Source: a virus. Taken from it: 53,576 nucleotides of DNA. Both the position numbers and the translations under genes were made by a program. Location of the stretch: the IMG/VR virus record IMGVR_UViG_3300027580_000001. One strand, 5' to 3'. The first letter of the stretch is position 1, and each line of letters opens with the position of its first letter. This document shows positions 28,219 to 36,686 of the stretch, piece after piece. The notes beneath the pieces were generated by a model that ran no database searches, had not been told where the DNA came from, and saw only the letters and a list, made by a program, of their open reading frames with translations.

Positions 28219-28455
28219 ATGGAACCCACCGCCACGAGCGCCGACGGGAACGCCCAGTACCGCTTCGAGATCGACTACGAGTACGACGGCGAGCGGGCGA
28301 CGGTCGAGAAGGAGACGGTCCAGCCCGAGCTCTCCGACAGCGCCGCGAAGCAGCTGGCCGGCCACGCCGCCCTCGACCGCGGCGCCGACATCCACGAGTT
28401 CGACGCCCACGACGTCACCCTCCTGGACGTCACCCGCCTCGACGGCGCCGCGTAG
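28219..28455 (+). CDS. Hypothetical protein (78 aa, probably leaderless)
   Basis: ATG ~25 nt after the TATA-like box; acidic; typical codon usage. Confidence 0.65.
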   Translation: MEPTATSADGNAQYRFEIDYEYDGERATVEKETVQPELSDSAAKQLAGHAALDRGADIHEFDAHDVTLLDVTRLDGAA

Positions 28456-28496
28456 CGACCGCCCCGCGCCGGCGCCGGCGTCGGGCCCGCCGCTGG

Positions 28497-28540
28497 CTTA
28501 ACCAACATTTAGTAGGCTCCGGCCCGTCGTGTTGGTTAAG
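28497..28540. repeat. Inverted repeat CTTAACCAACA-N22-TGTTGGTTAAG
   Basis: Perfect 11-bp arms read directly from the sequence. Confidence 0.85.
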
Positions 28541-28891
28541 ATGGCGACCAGTGCCCCACCGACGCCCGAACCGCCAGCGAGCATCCCGCAGTACATCCTC
28601 GACGGCCTCGACCGCCAGGACGCCCAGACGCTCGAGGAGATCTCCCGCTACGCCGAGGACCTCGCCGCCGCGAAGGCGGCCCAGGCAGAGGCCGAGCTCG
28701 AGGACGGCGACGAGGAGGTCGTTCGCGAGGACAGCGAGGACGTCGACGACCTCCCGGACGACGTCCCGACGAAGGCCAGCGTCGTCGTGAAGGAGATCAA
28801 CTCGAACCGCTACTACTACTACCAGTGGCGGGAGGGGAGCAAGGTGAAGTCGAAGTACAAGGCGCCGGTGAACCCGGACTCGGACGACTGA
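28541..28891 (+). CDS. Conserved haloarchaeal mobile-element protein (YYYYQWREG motif)
   Basis: KEINSNRYYYYQWREGSKVKSKYKAPV; convergent with the recombinase. Confidence 0.7.
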   Translation: MATSAPPTPEPPASIPQYILDGLDRQDAQTLEEISRYAEDLAAAKAAQAEAELEDGDEEVVREDSEDVDDLPDDVPTKASVVVKEINSNRYYYYQWREGSKVKSKYKAPVNPDSDD

Positions 28892-28900
28892 CCCCGAGGT

Positions 28901-29503
28901 TCAGATGGTCTCGAAGTGGTCGTACTCGCGCTCGGTCGTCAGAATCGACGAGTGCCGGAGCCTGTTCCTCACGTCGTAGAGCGTGTTGTCGTCCTCGACG
29001 CGCAGCATCCGCCAGGCGACCGAGTGGCGTAGGGTGTGCGCGGTGACGTCGTCGGGCTCGCCGCGGCCGGAGAAGGAGTACGGCCGGACGTCGGCGGCCG
29101 CCGCCGCGCGCTTCACGGCATCGTTGATCGCCTTCCCCGACAGCCGCGGGCTCTTCTGCGAGGGGAACAGCGCCGCGTGGTCATCGTCGCGCTGCTGGAG
29201 GTAGGCCTGGAGCGTCGCGACGACGTCGAGCTGGTCGCTGCGGTCGAGCTCGAACGTCGCCGGCGGCGGGCTCCGGTCGTTCGGGAAGTCCTTCTGGATG
29301 GACGTCGGGATCCGGAGCAGCTCGTCCTCGAGGTCGACCATCGCCCGGTCGGTCAGCGACAGTTCCTCGCGACGGAGGCCCGTGTCGTAGAGCAGCGTGA
29401 CGATCGCGTCGTCGCGCCGGGGGTGGCGGCCCTCGCGAGCGCCCTCTCGCATCGCGTCGACCTGGCCGGGCTTCAGCCAGTGTTTGTCGTCGTGGTCGGT
29501 CAT
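28901..29503 (-). CDS. Tyrosine recombinase, catalytic domain only (200 aa)
   Basis: YDTGLRREEL (R), HTLRHS (H-x-x-R), RLRHSS...EYDH (H/Y); no N-terminal core-binding domain. Confidence 0.92.
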   Translation of the reverse strand: MTDHDDKHWLKPGQVDAMREGAREGRHPRRDDAIVTLLYDTGLRREELSLTDRAMVDLEDELLRIPTSIQKDFPNDRSPPPATFELDRSDQLDVVATLQAYLQQRDDDHAALFPSQKSPRLSGKAINDAVKRAAAAADVRPYSFSGRGEPDDVTAHTLRHSVAWRMLRVEDDNTLYDVRNRLRHSSILTTEREYDHFETI

Positions 29504-29745
29504 GTGAATCCGGTTGCGCGGGCTCGTCGTAAAATGTACGATTCTGCTGATGGACTCGTACGTTTTTCGCGCCGGCGTCGGCCGGAGTCACCGCCGTCCT
29601 GCGATTCGCGGGCGTGGAGTGGTACTTCGAGGGCGTCAACCCCGGGAGTCGTACGCCGAGAACCGGCGTCCAAACGCCGACTCATGAATCATATACTGCT
29701 ATATGAAGAGACGCCCCAGCCTGGCCGCGACGGTCGGCGCCGCGG

Positions 29746-30267
29746 CTACTCGCCGTCGACGGCGCCGTCGGCCTCGTCGGCGAGCCCGAGCTCCTCCTCC
29801 ATCGACGTTTCCCGTAGCGCCGACCGGAAGATCGCTGGGTACAGGTCGCGGTTCTTCTTCAGCTCCCGGCCGTGCTCGCTCCGGAAGGCTCCGTAGTAGC
29901 GACCGTACGCATCCTCGACCTCGTCGACGAGGTCGTCGCTGAGGTAGATGGTCCGACCGTTCCAGTCCTCGCGAACGACGACGTCGTCGCCCGGCAACGA
30001 CGTCGTTTCACTCGCCTCAGTCGCCTCAGTCGTTTCGCTCGTTTCAACGGCCGCGTTCGTCTGCCCCGTCCCGCCCACGGGATCGGCGCCGGCGTCGCTC
30101 GTGGATGTCGTTTCTGTCGTTTTACTCGCCTCGGTCGTTTCGGTCGCCTCAGTCGTTTCAGTCGTTTCGTCGGACTGGTTGAAACGATCGGCGATGCCGC
30201 CGATCCGGTCGGCGGTCTCCCCGAGCTCCTCGCTGGCGTCGCCCTCGCCGTCGGCGCCGTCAGACAT
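29746..30267 (-). CDS. ParA partner / putative centromere-binding adaptor
   Basis: Overlaps the parA stop; disordered ETT-repeat N-terminus and a compact C-terminal domain (GRTIYLSDDLVDEV). Confidence 0.65.
   Translation of the reverse strand: MSDGADGEGDASEELGETADRIGGIADRFNQSDETTETTEATETTEASKTTETTSTSDAGADPVGGTGQTNAAVETSETTEATEASETTSLPGDDVVVREDWNGRTIYLSDDLVDEVEDAYGRYYGAFRSEHGRELKKNRDLYPAIFRSALRETSMEEELGLADEADGAVDGE
30002..30169. repeat. Two arrays of 9-bp repeats STCGYYTCR (5 units at 30002-30046; 7 units at 30107-30169)
   Basis: Units such as gtcgtttca, gtcgcctca and ctcgtttca read directly. Confidence 0.9.
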
Positions 30268-31117
30268 CGGCCACCTCCTCGCCGACGGCGAACGTCGTCT
30301 CGATCTCCGCGGCGATCTCGTCGAGGACCTCCTCCATGTCGGTGCTCTCCTCGACGTCGAACATCGAGCGTTGGTGCTTCGAGAGGGAGCGCTGGAGCGC
30401 CACTCGCTTCCGGACCTCCCAGACCGGGAGGTGCGCGCCGAAGTTCTCGCGCAGCTGCTCGACCATCGCCTCGGCCTGCTTGTTCTGCTCGATCCGGTTC
30501 ACGACGATGCCGAGGATCTCGACCGGGCCGTAGTAGGACTCGATGGACTGGATCTGCTTCTGGAGCCGGTCGAAGCCCTGGACGCTCAGCGCCTCGGCGT
30601 ACGACGGGATGATCACCGCGTCGCTGTTCTGTAGGGCGTTGTCGGTCAGGACGTTGATGCTGGGCTCGTTATCGATGAGGACGACGTCGTACCGCTGGCG
30701 GAGGTCCTCGAGCGCCATCCCGAGACGCTCGCGGGCCCGCGGCTCGCCGTCGAGGGAGCTGGCGGTGTTGTCGACCATCCGTTCGTGGGCGGGGAGGATG
30801 TCGAACTCGTGGCCCTCCTGGACGAGCTCGTGCGCGCGCTCGCCGTACTCGTTCGGCTCGAGGAGCAGCTCGTGGAGCGTGAAGTCCAGGTCGAGGTCGC
30901 CGTAGACATCGTCGAAGCCCATGATCGAAGTGAGGGCGCCTTCGGGGGCGAGGTCGACGACGAGGACGTCGTGGCCGCGGTCGCTCAGCGCGCCGGCGAC
31001 GTGGACGGTGAGCGTCGTCTTCCCGACACCTCCCTTCTGGTTGAGCAGCGAGACGATCGGGGCGCCGGTCGTTTCAGTCGCCTCAGTCGCCTCGCTCGTT
31101 TCACTCGTTTCACTCAT
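30260..31117 (-). CDS. parA: ParA/Soj family partition ATPase
   Basis: NQKGGVGKTT deviant Walker A, VLVVDLAPEG, YDVVLIDNEP. Confidence 0.95.
   Translation of the reverse strand: MSETSETSEATEATETTGAPIVSLLNQKGGVGKTTLTVHVAGALSDRGHDVLVVDLAPEGALTSIMGFDDVYGDLDLDFTLHELLLEPNEYGERAHELVQEGHEFDILPAHERMVDNTASSLDGEPRARERLGMALEDLRQRYDVVLIDNEPSINVLTDNALQNSDAVIIPSYAEALSVQGFDRLQKQIQSIESYYGPVEILGIVVNRIEQNKQAEAMVEQLRENFGAHLPVWEVRKRVALQRSLSKHQRSMFDVEESTDMEEVLDEIAAEIETTFAVGEEVADV
31068..31112. repeat. 9-bp repeat array (5 units) at the 5' end of parA
   Basis: gtcgtttca gtcgcctca gtcgcctcg ctcgtttca ctcgtttca. Confidence 0.9.
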
Positions 31118-31222
31118 ACGTGTAGACGTGGAACACAGTGCGCAATAAGTGTCCGTCAGACGCTCGTCGCCCGCACACCACCGCGAAGGAAAGTCAGGCC
31201 GCTCGCGAGCGCCGCCGCGCCA

Positions 31223-33010
31223 TCAGTTCGCCGCCAGCTCCGCCAGCACCTGCTGGTACGTCTCCTCGATCGTCGCGTCGTCGACGTCGTAGTTCCCGAG
31301 CTCGTCCTCGACGCGCCCGCGGACGTTCGGCGCGATCGAGCCGTCGTTGTTCTTCCGGACGAACCCCTGGTCGATGAGCTCGCTCATGTCCTCGTAGTGG
31401 GTGCCGCTCGGGTCGCTCTGCAGGCCGAACGTCCGCTGCGCCCACGCCTTCTGGCTGCTGAGCGTCTGGTCGTGCGCCTCGATGTACTTCAGGAGGCGGC
31501 ACTGGCGGTCGCTCAGGTCCTCGACCGTCGCCATGATCCGGTCGACGGCCTCCTCCTGGAACTCCGCCATGATCGACCCCTCCGCCGGCGTCGACGCGGC
31601 CGGCGCCGAGCTGGCGTCATCGGTCTCGGTGTCCACCTCGGCCGCCGGGGCCAGATCGACGTCGACGTCGAACGTCTCGACGAGCGCGGCGACGTCCTCT
31701 CGCGCGCCCTCGAACGCGGACCGGAGCTCCTGGACGTCGGCCTCGAGGTCGGCGACGCGCTCCTGCAGAGACTCGTTCTCCTCGGCGAGCTCGTCGCGCT
31801 CGGCCTGGACGTCGTCGAGTTCCTCCTGGAGGCGGTCGCGCTCCTGCTTCAGTTCGTCGACGCGGCCCTGGAGCTCCTGGACGCCCTCGCCGACCTCGGC
31901 CGCAGCGCCGGCGCCGGCGTCGACGCCGCCGTTCCCGGAGCCCACCAAGCGCTCCATCGCGTCCGAGAGCTTGTCGACGTTCGCGAGCTCCTCCTCCAGT
32001 TCCGCCTTCTCCTCGCGCAGCCGCTCGTTCTCCTCCCGGAGGCGTTCGAGCTCGTCCTCGCGCTCGGTGCGGCGCTCGCGTTCGGCCTCGACCTCCTCCT
32101 GGATGTCTTCGAGGACGTTGCTCAGTTCGTCGGGAGTCTCGGGGAGCTCGAAGGACTCCTCGCGGGGGTCCGGGGACCGGCGCTTCCGGACCTTCGTCGG
32201 GCCCACGAGGTCGCCGTCGGTGATGGACTCGCCGCGCGCGAGGATCTCGCCCGTCTGCAGGTTCGCGAGCTCGTCCTCCGAGCAGCGGAGCGCGTCGGCC
32301 GTCCGGTCGACGTCCTCGTCGCCTGGCTTGTGGGCGATGTAGTCGTCGCAGAGCTGGATCACGCCGTTGTGGAGGAACGCCCGGCGCTGGTAGCCGGACA
32401 CGACGGAGATCCCCTTGTTCCCGCCCTCGGTCGCGACCTTGATGAGCTGGCCCCGGCACCGCTTGACGTGTTCGTCGAGCTCGGGCTCGGGGGCGGAGTT
32501 CTTCGGCGCGAGGTAGTGAACCTCGTCGACGACCAGGAGGCTCTTCGTCCGGTCGCCGCTGCGGTACTTCTCGTGGGCCCGGTCGTTCAGACTGCGGACC
32601 GCGCGGGCAGCGGCCTCGTGGACGCGGGAGCCGTCCTGCTCGTAGTCGGCGTACGTCGAGACGTCGAGGAGGATCTTCATCCCGCGGTCGAGGATCCAGC
32701 TGCCTATCTGGTCGAGGTCCTCGAGGCCGACCGCCAGGTCGACACCCTCCTCCTCGCGGGCGCCCACGACGACGATGTCCTCGTCCTCGAGGCGGACGGG
32801 GCTGAGGGCGCCGAGGCGCTCGATGATCAGCGTCGGGATCGAGACGTCGGCGAGGTCCTCCAGGATGACGGCGAGCGTGTTGCTCTTCCCCATCCCGCTG
32901 GTGCCCTCGACGCTGAGCCGGAAGTCCTGGGTCTGGACGGGGTCGAAGGAGACGTCGCCGAGGGTGACGGTACTACTGGATTCGGTCTGCTGAGGTGTTG
33001 CGTTGGACAT
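31223..33010 (-). CDS. HerA/FtsK-like (DUF87-type) ATPase with coiled coil and C-terminal wHTH
   Basis: GTSGMGKS Walker A, LLVVDEVH Walker B, GGNKGISVVSGYQR motif; heptad coiled coil. Confidence 0.85.
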   Translation of the reverse strand: MSNATPQQTESSSTVTLGDVSFDPVQTQDFRLSVEGTSGMGKSNTLAVILEDLADVSIPTLIIERLGALSPVRLEDEDIVVVGAREEEGVDLAVGLEDLDQIGSWILDRGMKILLDVSTYADYEQDGSRVHEAAARAVRSLNDRAHEKYRSGDRTKSLLVVDEVHYLAPKNSAPEPELDEHVKRCRGQLIKVATEGGNKGISVVSGYQRRAFLHNGVIQLCDDYIAHKPGDEDVDRTADALRCSEDELANLQTGEILARGESITDGDLVGPTKVRKRRSPDPREESFELPETPDELSNVLEDIQEEVEAERERRTEREDELERLREENERLREEKAELEEELANVDKLSDAMERLVGSGNGGVDAGAGAAAEVGEGVQELQGRVDELKQERDRLQEELDDVQAERDELAEENESLQERVADLEADVQELRSAFEGAREDVAALVETFDVDVDLAPAAEVDTETDDASSAPAASTPAEGSIMAEFQEEAVDRIMATVEDLSDRQCRLLKYIEAHDQTLSSQKAWAQRTFGLQSDPSGTHYEDMSELIDQGFVRKNNDGSIAPNVRGRVEDELGNYDVDDATIEETYQQVLAELAAN

Positions 33011-33011
33011 G

Positions 33012-33473
33012 TTACATCACCGCGGTGTGTTCGTCGAGTGCTTCCATCAGGTCGTCCAGGATGTTGAACTGGATGCCGGGCGGCTGCTTCCGCAGCGGCG
33101 CCACGACGTCGACGTCAAGCTCCCGCAGCGGGGCCCGGACTGGGTCGACGTAGTCCTGGGCGCCAGCGAGGATGACGACGCGGTCACCGGCGCCGACGAG
33201 ATCGGCGAGGTCGCTGAGGACCTCGGCGCTCCAGGCCTCGGTGTCGACGTCCCGGATGTGGGTGTTGTACGGCTCCAGCTCGGTCGCGGGGTGGACGAAG
33301 CCGTGCTCGGCGGAGAGGATGCCCCAGAGGCCGGCGTGGTCGCGAGCGATGCGTCGGCGCCGGCGGAACAGCGGGGACTCGTCGTAGAGGTCGCCCGCTT
33401 GGGCTGGCTCGTCGCGCTTCCGCTTCGTACAGCCGACGAGGGCGGCGTCGAACGGTTTAGGCACGCTGGCCAC
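33012..33473 (-). CDS. DUF6884/YaaA-like protein
   Basis: LVGCTKRK...AGDLY..SPLF...ILSAEHG...LEPYN pattern. Confidence 0.75.
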   Translation of the reverse strand: MASVPKPFDAALVGCTKRKRDEPAQAGDLYDESPLFRRRRRIARDHAGLWGILSAEHGFVHPATELEPYNTHIRDVDTEAWSAEVLSDLADLVGAGDRVVILAGAQDYVDPVRAPLRELDVDVVAPLRKQPPGIQFNILDDLMEALDEHTAVM

Positions 33474-33687
33474 CTCCGTCGACGGCGCCGGCGCCGCAGT
33501 CGAGCGGGTCGAGCGTCGGATCGTCGTCCCAGCCCATCTCGGTCGCGCAGCGCTGGCAGAGGTAGACGATCTTGATGCCGCCGTCCTCCCGGGCGACCTC
33601 GATCGAGTGCGAGGGCGCGTTGATCTCGTCGCCCCGGTAGTCGAGAAGGCGGCAGAGCTGGCACTCCTCGGGGATCGTCTCAGGCAT
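33457..33687 (-). CDS. Small Zn-finger protein
   Basis: CQLC...CQRC; overlaps both neighbours. Confidence 0.6.
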   Translation of the reverse strand: MPETIPEECQLCRLLDYRGDEINAPSHSIEVAREDGGIKIVYLCQRCATEMGWDDDPTLDPLDCGAGAVDGGGQRA

Positions 33688-34066
33688 CGGGATCACCATA
33701 CTCAGCGCGTACCAGCGGGGCCGGCCAATCTGGCGTGTAGCCGCCGATCCGGTCGGACCAGATCGTCCTATGTGCGGTCTCCCCGCAGTAGCACCGGACG
33801 ACCTCGTGCCGGAGCCAGCCCTCTTCGTCGCCGGTTGTCGAGAACGCGATTCGTTCCCGGTAGAACGGCAGTCCCTTTTCTTCTCCTCGAGCCTCTGCCT
33901 CGAAGGGGTAGGTTGCGTCTATGGTGTGGAACGCCTGTACTCGGAAGTCGTCGTCTTCCCATACAGTCAGTTCGACCGTGTGGGGTTCGGAGAGGCGGAC
34001 TTCAGCCAGTCCCTTGACCTCTTCGAGGACGTTCATCGCGTCGTAGTTGTAATCGGTTTCAGACAT
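33680..34066 (-). CDS. Hypothetical protein (lower GC)
   Basis: ATG at 34066 with a GGAGG RBS at 34073-34077 (-). Confidence 0.65.
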   Translation of the reverse strand: MSETDYNYDAMNVLEEVKGLAEVRLSEPHTVELTVWEDDDFRVQAFHTIDATYPFEAEARGEEKGLPFYRERIAFSTTGDEEGWLRHEVVRCYCGETAHRTIWSDRIGGYTPDWPAPLVRAEYGDPDA

Positions 34067-34226
34067 CGGTTTCCTCCATCCTCGCACCGATATCGAGTAG
34101 CAGGGCCAGCAGCAGGAGCAGGTACATCAGGACTGCCGGTCGAAAGCCCCAGAAGTCGAGCCCGTAGGCGACTGACGGTGCCGAGGCGATCGCCCAGCCG
34201 ACGGTCCGTTGATGCCACTCACGCAT
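34059..34226 (-). CDS. Small membrane protein (55 aa; not in the ORF track)
   Basis: MREWHQRTVGWAIASAPSVAYGLDFWGFRPAVLMYLLLLLALLLDIGARMEETDV; 8-nt overlaps with both neighbours. Confidence 0.65.
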   Translation of the reverse strand: MREWHQRTVGWAIASAPSVAYGLDFWGFRPAVLMYLLLLLALLLDIGARMEETDV

Positions 34227-35508
34227 CGGAATCACCTGCGAACTCGTCCTCGAGGCCGAGGACCTCGACCATCAGCTGCAGGTCCTGCGGGTCGCCCCAC
34301 CCCAGGTTTCCGGCGAACTCCTCGGCGTCATCGGACATCTCGAGCGCGACGTGGAACGAGGCCTCGGTGAGCCAGTCGGGCGTCGCGAGGTCCTCGAAGT
34401 CGGTCGCGTCCGCCGGGTCGTCGACGTCGATCACCGCGGCCACCCGGTCGGCCTCCTCGTCGACGTCGTCCTCGGCGCCGTCCTCCTGGCCGGGTTCAGG
34501 ATGGGGCTCCGGGTCCGGCTCCTCGGTGGGCTCGGGCTCCGGCTCGGGAGTGGCCTCCTGGTCGGGCTCGGTTTCGATCGTGGACGTCGTTTCAGTCGTT
34601 TCAGTCGTTTCAGTCGCCTCGGTCGTTTCGATCGCCTCGTCGACGTCGTCGTCATCGTCATCGTCCTCGGCGCCGTCCGCGTCGTCGCGCTGCTCCCAGG
34701 CCTGACTCCGCCCGGGCGACTCCGTCGGGTCGTGGATGCCGAGGCTCTTCAGGTTCTTCACGAGCGTCCGGTACGGGACATCCAGCTCGCCGTCCTCCTC
34801 GATGCGGCGGTGCATCTCGGAGATGTTCCCGTCGGCGGCGTCGTACCGCTCCTGGAGCCACTCGCGGTCCCGGTAGAGCGGGCCGTCGCCGTCCTCGGCC
34901 TCTCCCTGGGGCGTCACCTCGTGGATGCCGAACTCGATGAGGTAGTGGCGCACTCGGCCGGGGCTGACCTCGAAGTCGTGCTGGCGGCACATCTCCGAGT
35001 AGTTCCCGTCGTGGCGGTGGTAGAGGTCCTCGAGGAGCTCCGGGTTCTTGTGGTCGGGGACGTCATCGGGCGCGATGAGCTCCTCCCGATCGGGCTCCTC
35101 GTCGAGCCGAACTGGGTCGCCGTCGTGGTCCGAGGAGCCGTGGTGGGCGTTGATCCCGCGCCAGCTGGTCGGGCCGTAGCCGCAGTACCCGCACCAGAAG
35201 TCGCCCTCGGGGACGTCGAGCGCGTGCTCGCTGGAGCCGAGGTGGCCGCGGCACTCCCGGATCGTCGCGAACGTCCGGTCGCAGTCGTCGTGGGGACACT
35301 CGAGGGCGCCGTCCTCGTCGAGGACGTCGTCCAGGAGGCGGAGCGTCGCCTCGCGGATGAGGTCCTCGGCGCCGTCGAAGTCGGTCTCGTCGACGGCGCG
35401 GTCGAGGCGGGCCTCGGTTTCCTCGTCGAACTGGATGTCGTGGCCGGCGTCGACGCCCGGGCGGGCCGTCGACGCGGCGCCGTCGGCGGCGTTAGACATC
35501 GCCGTCAC
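34219..35508 (-). CDS. Multi-domain regulator: RHH-like N-terminus, C2H2-type Zn fingers, HTH-like repeats
   Basis: CPHDDCDRTF...H, WCGYC...HH; two helical repeats ending FGIH / LGIH. Confidence 0.7.
   Translation of the reverse strand: MTAMSNAADGAASTARPGVDAGHDIQFDEETEARLDRAVDETDFDGAEDLIREATLRLLDDVLDEDGALECPHDDCDRTFATIRECRGHLGSSEHALDVPEGDFWCGYCGYGPTSWRGINAHHGSSDHDGDPVRLDEEPDREELIAPDDVPDHKNPELLEDLYHRHDGNYSEMCRQHDFEVSPGRVRHYLIEFGIHEVTPQGEAEDGDGPLYRDREWLQERYDAADGNISEMHRRIEEDGELDVPYRTLVKNLKSLGIHDPTESPGRSQAWEQRDDADGAEDDDDDDDVDEAIETTEATETTETTETTSTIETEPDQEATPEPEPEPTEEPDPEPHPEPGQEDGAEDDVDEEADRVAAVIDVDDPADATDFEDLATPDWLTEASFHVALEMSDDAEEFAGNLGWGDPQDLQLMVEVLGLEDEFAGDSDA
34586..34639. repeat. 9-bp repeat array (6 units), same family as the parA arrays
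   Basis: gtcgtttca x3, gtcgcctcg, gtcgtttcg, atcgcctcg. Confidence 0.9.
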
Positions 35509-36007
35509 CTCGGTTGAACAGCTCCGGGTCGACGTCGCGTTCCTCGATGAACCAGTCGACGAGCTCGGTGACGTACCGGTCGAAGTGCTCGAACGCCTCC
35601 TCGGGCTGCATATGCTGCTCCCGGACGGCGTCGATGAAGAGCTCGTCGAGCGCCTCGAACATTTCGTCGACCCACTGGTCGGGCGTCGGCGGCCGGGACT
35701 CGGACTCCGCGGTGAGCCAGTTCACGAACCGCGTGGGGTCGAGCGGGCCCTGGACGGAGTCGAGGTTCTCCTCGATGAAGTCGCGGTACATCTGGAAGAT
35801 CGCGACGATCTTGTGGCCGCCGGGGCTGGCCTCGAGGACGACGCCGGTCGCGACGGTTTCGCACATCGTGTGGATCCAATTGAAGTCCTCGTCGTCGCTG
35901 GGCTTCGCGTCGATCTGGAACGCGACCGGGACCTCGCCGGCGTCGTCGGGGGCCGGGAGGTCGCCGAGGCCGTCCTCCTGAACGCGGGTGTCGTCGGGGC
36001 TATCCAT
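35492..36007 (-). CDS. Hypothetical protein
   Basis: ORF track; coupled overlaps; acidic. Confidence 0.65.
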   Translation of the reverse strand: MDSPDDTRVQEDGLGDLPAPDDAGEVPVAFQIDAKPSDDEDFNWIHTMCETVATGVVLEASPGGHKIVAIFQMYRDFIEENLDSVQGPLDPTRFVNWLTAESESRPPTPDQWVDEMFEALDELFIDAVREQHMQPEEAFEHFDRYVTELVDWFIEERDVDPELFNRGDGDV

Positions 36008-36191
36008 CGACGACCACCCGGACGCCGCTGGTGCCGTCCTTCTCCTCGAGGGCCTGCCGGATCATCTCGGCCTCGTCCTCGGTCTCGACGGTCAGGGAGC
36101 GGAACGCGAAGCCGGCGAAGTTCATCTCGACGGCGTACCCCTCGCGGACGTGACCGAAGTCGCGCGTGCTCGATGTCGGGTAGTCCGCCAT
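36000..36191 (-). CDS. Hypothetical protein (63 aa)
   Basis: Coupled to the repressor stop. Confidence 0.6.
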   Translation of the reverse strand: MADYPTSSTRDFGHVREGYAVEMNFAGFAFRSLTVETEDEAEMIRQALEEKDGTSGVRVVVDG

Positions 36192-36481
36192 CAGCTCTCG
36201 CCCTCCGTGTCCTCGCGAGGATCGTCGACGAACCGGTAGAGTCCGCGGACGGGCTCGTCGTCGACGTGGTGCTGCTCGATCCAGCCGGCGTCGACGAGGC
36301 TGCCGAGCGCGTCGTTCACGCGCTGCTTCTTCATCCCTGTCTCGAGGCGGATCCGCATCGGGTTCGCGTAGCCCCAGGGCTCGCCGGGGACCTCGCGGCC
36401 CTTCTTGAAGACGTCGAGGACTCGGTCCTGGTTCTCGGTCGGAGTGAATCGTTCGTTTACCATCTCTTGTGTCGCACTCAT
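36191..36481 (-). CDS. Winged-helix repressor (halovirus phiH-repressor-like)
   Basis: FTPTENQDRVLDVFK...ANPMRIRLETGMKKQRVNDALGSLVDAGWIE...RGLYRFVDDP; first gene of a divergent arm. Confidence 0.75.
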   Translation of the reverse strand: MSATQEMVNERFTPTENQDRVLDVFKKGREVPGEPWGYANPMRIRLETGMKKQRVNDALGSLVDAGWIEQHHVDDEPVRGLYRFVDDPREDTEGES

Positions 36482-36605
36482 GCGAACACCCTGAAGTCCG
36501 TTTCGTTCGCCCGTACTAAAGTCGTTACGCTGGCACTACGTGAAGCACAACCTTAGTCCGTTACTCCGTAACGGTTAAGGGCCCAGATGGTGTAGAAGTG
36601 ACTGA
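36482..36605. promoter_or_regulatory. Divergent immunity promoter/operator region
   Basis: TATA-like CTTTAGTA (-, 36514-36521) and GGTTAAGG (+, 36573-36580); palindrome CCGTTAC-tcc-GTAACGG (36558-36574); related AGTC(C)GTT half-sites near 36495, 36520 and 36555. Confidence 0.6.
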
Positions 36606-36672
36606 GAAGCGCGGGACACGGCCGTTCAGAACGAATGGCCGGCGGCGTCACCACCGCCGCCGACCGCGCTTC
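36606..36672 (+). ncRNA. Candidate structured leader RNA (three-way junction)
   Basis: P1 36606-14/36664-72 (9 bp), P2 36620-27/36633-40 (8 bp, one G-U), P3 36641-47/36655-61 (7 bp). Confidence 0.55.
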
Positions 36673-36686
36673 GGAGCACCCGAAGC

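Noticed and set aside
29504-29745. attP with a tRNA-derived core
   Set aside because: No T-loop (GTTCRAATCC-like) or acceptor-stem sequence was seen here, and I recognised no tRNA gene elsewhere in the window
30785-33067. 760-aa plus-strand ORF
   Set aside because: Antisense shadow of the HerA-like ATPase and parA
30002-34639. Repeat arrays as a possible CRISPR array
   Set aside because: Units are 9 bp, contiguous and without spacers, lie inside ORFs, and no cas genes are present
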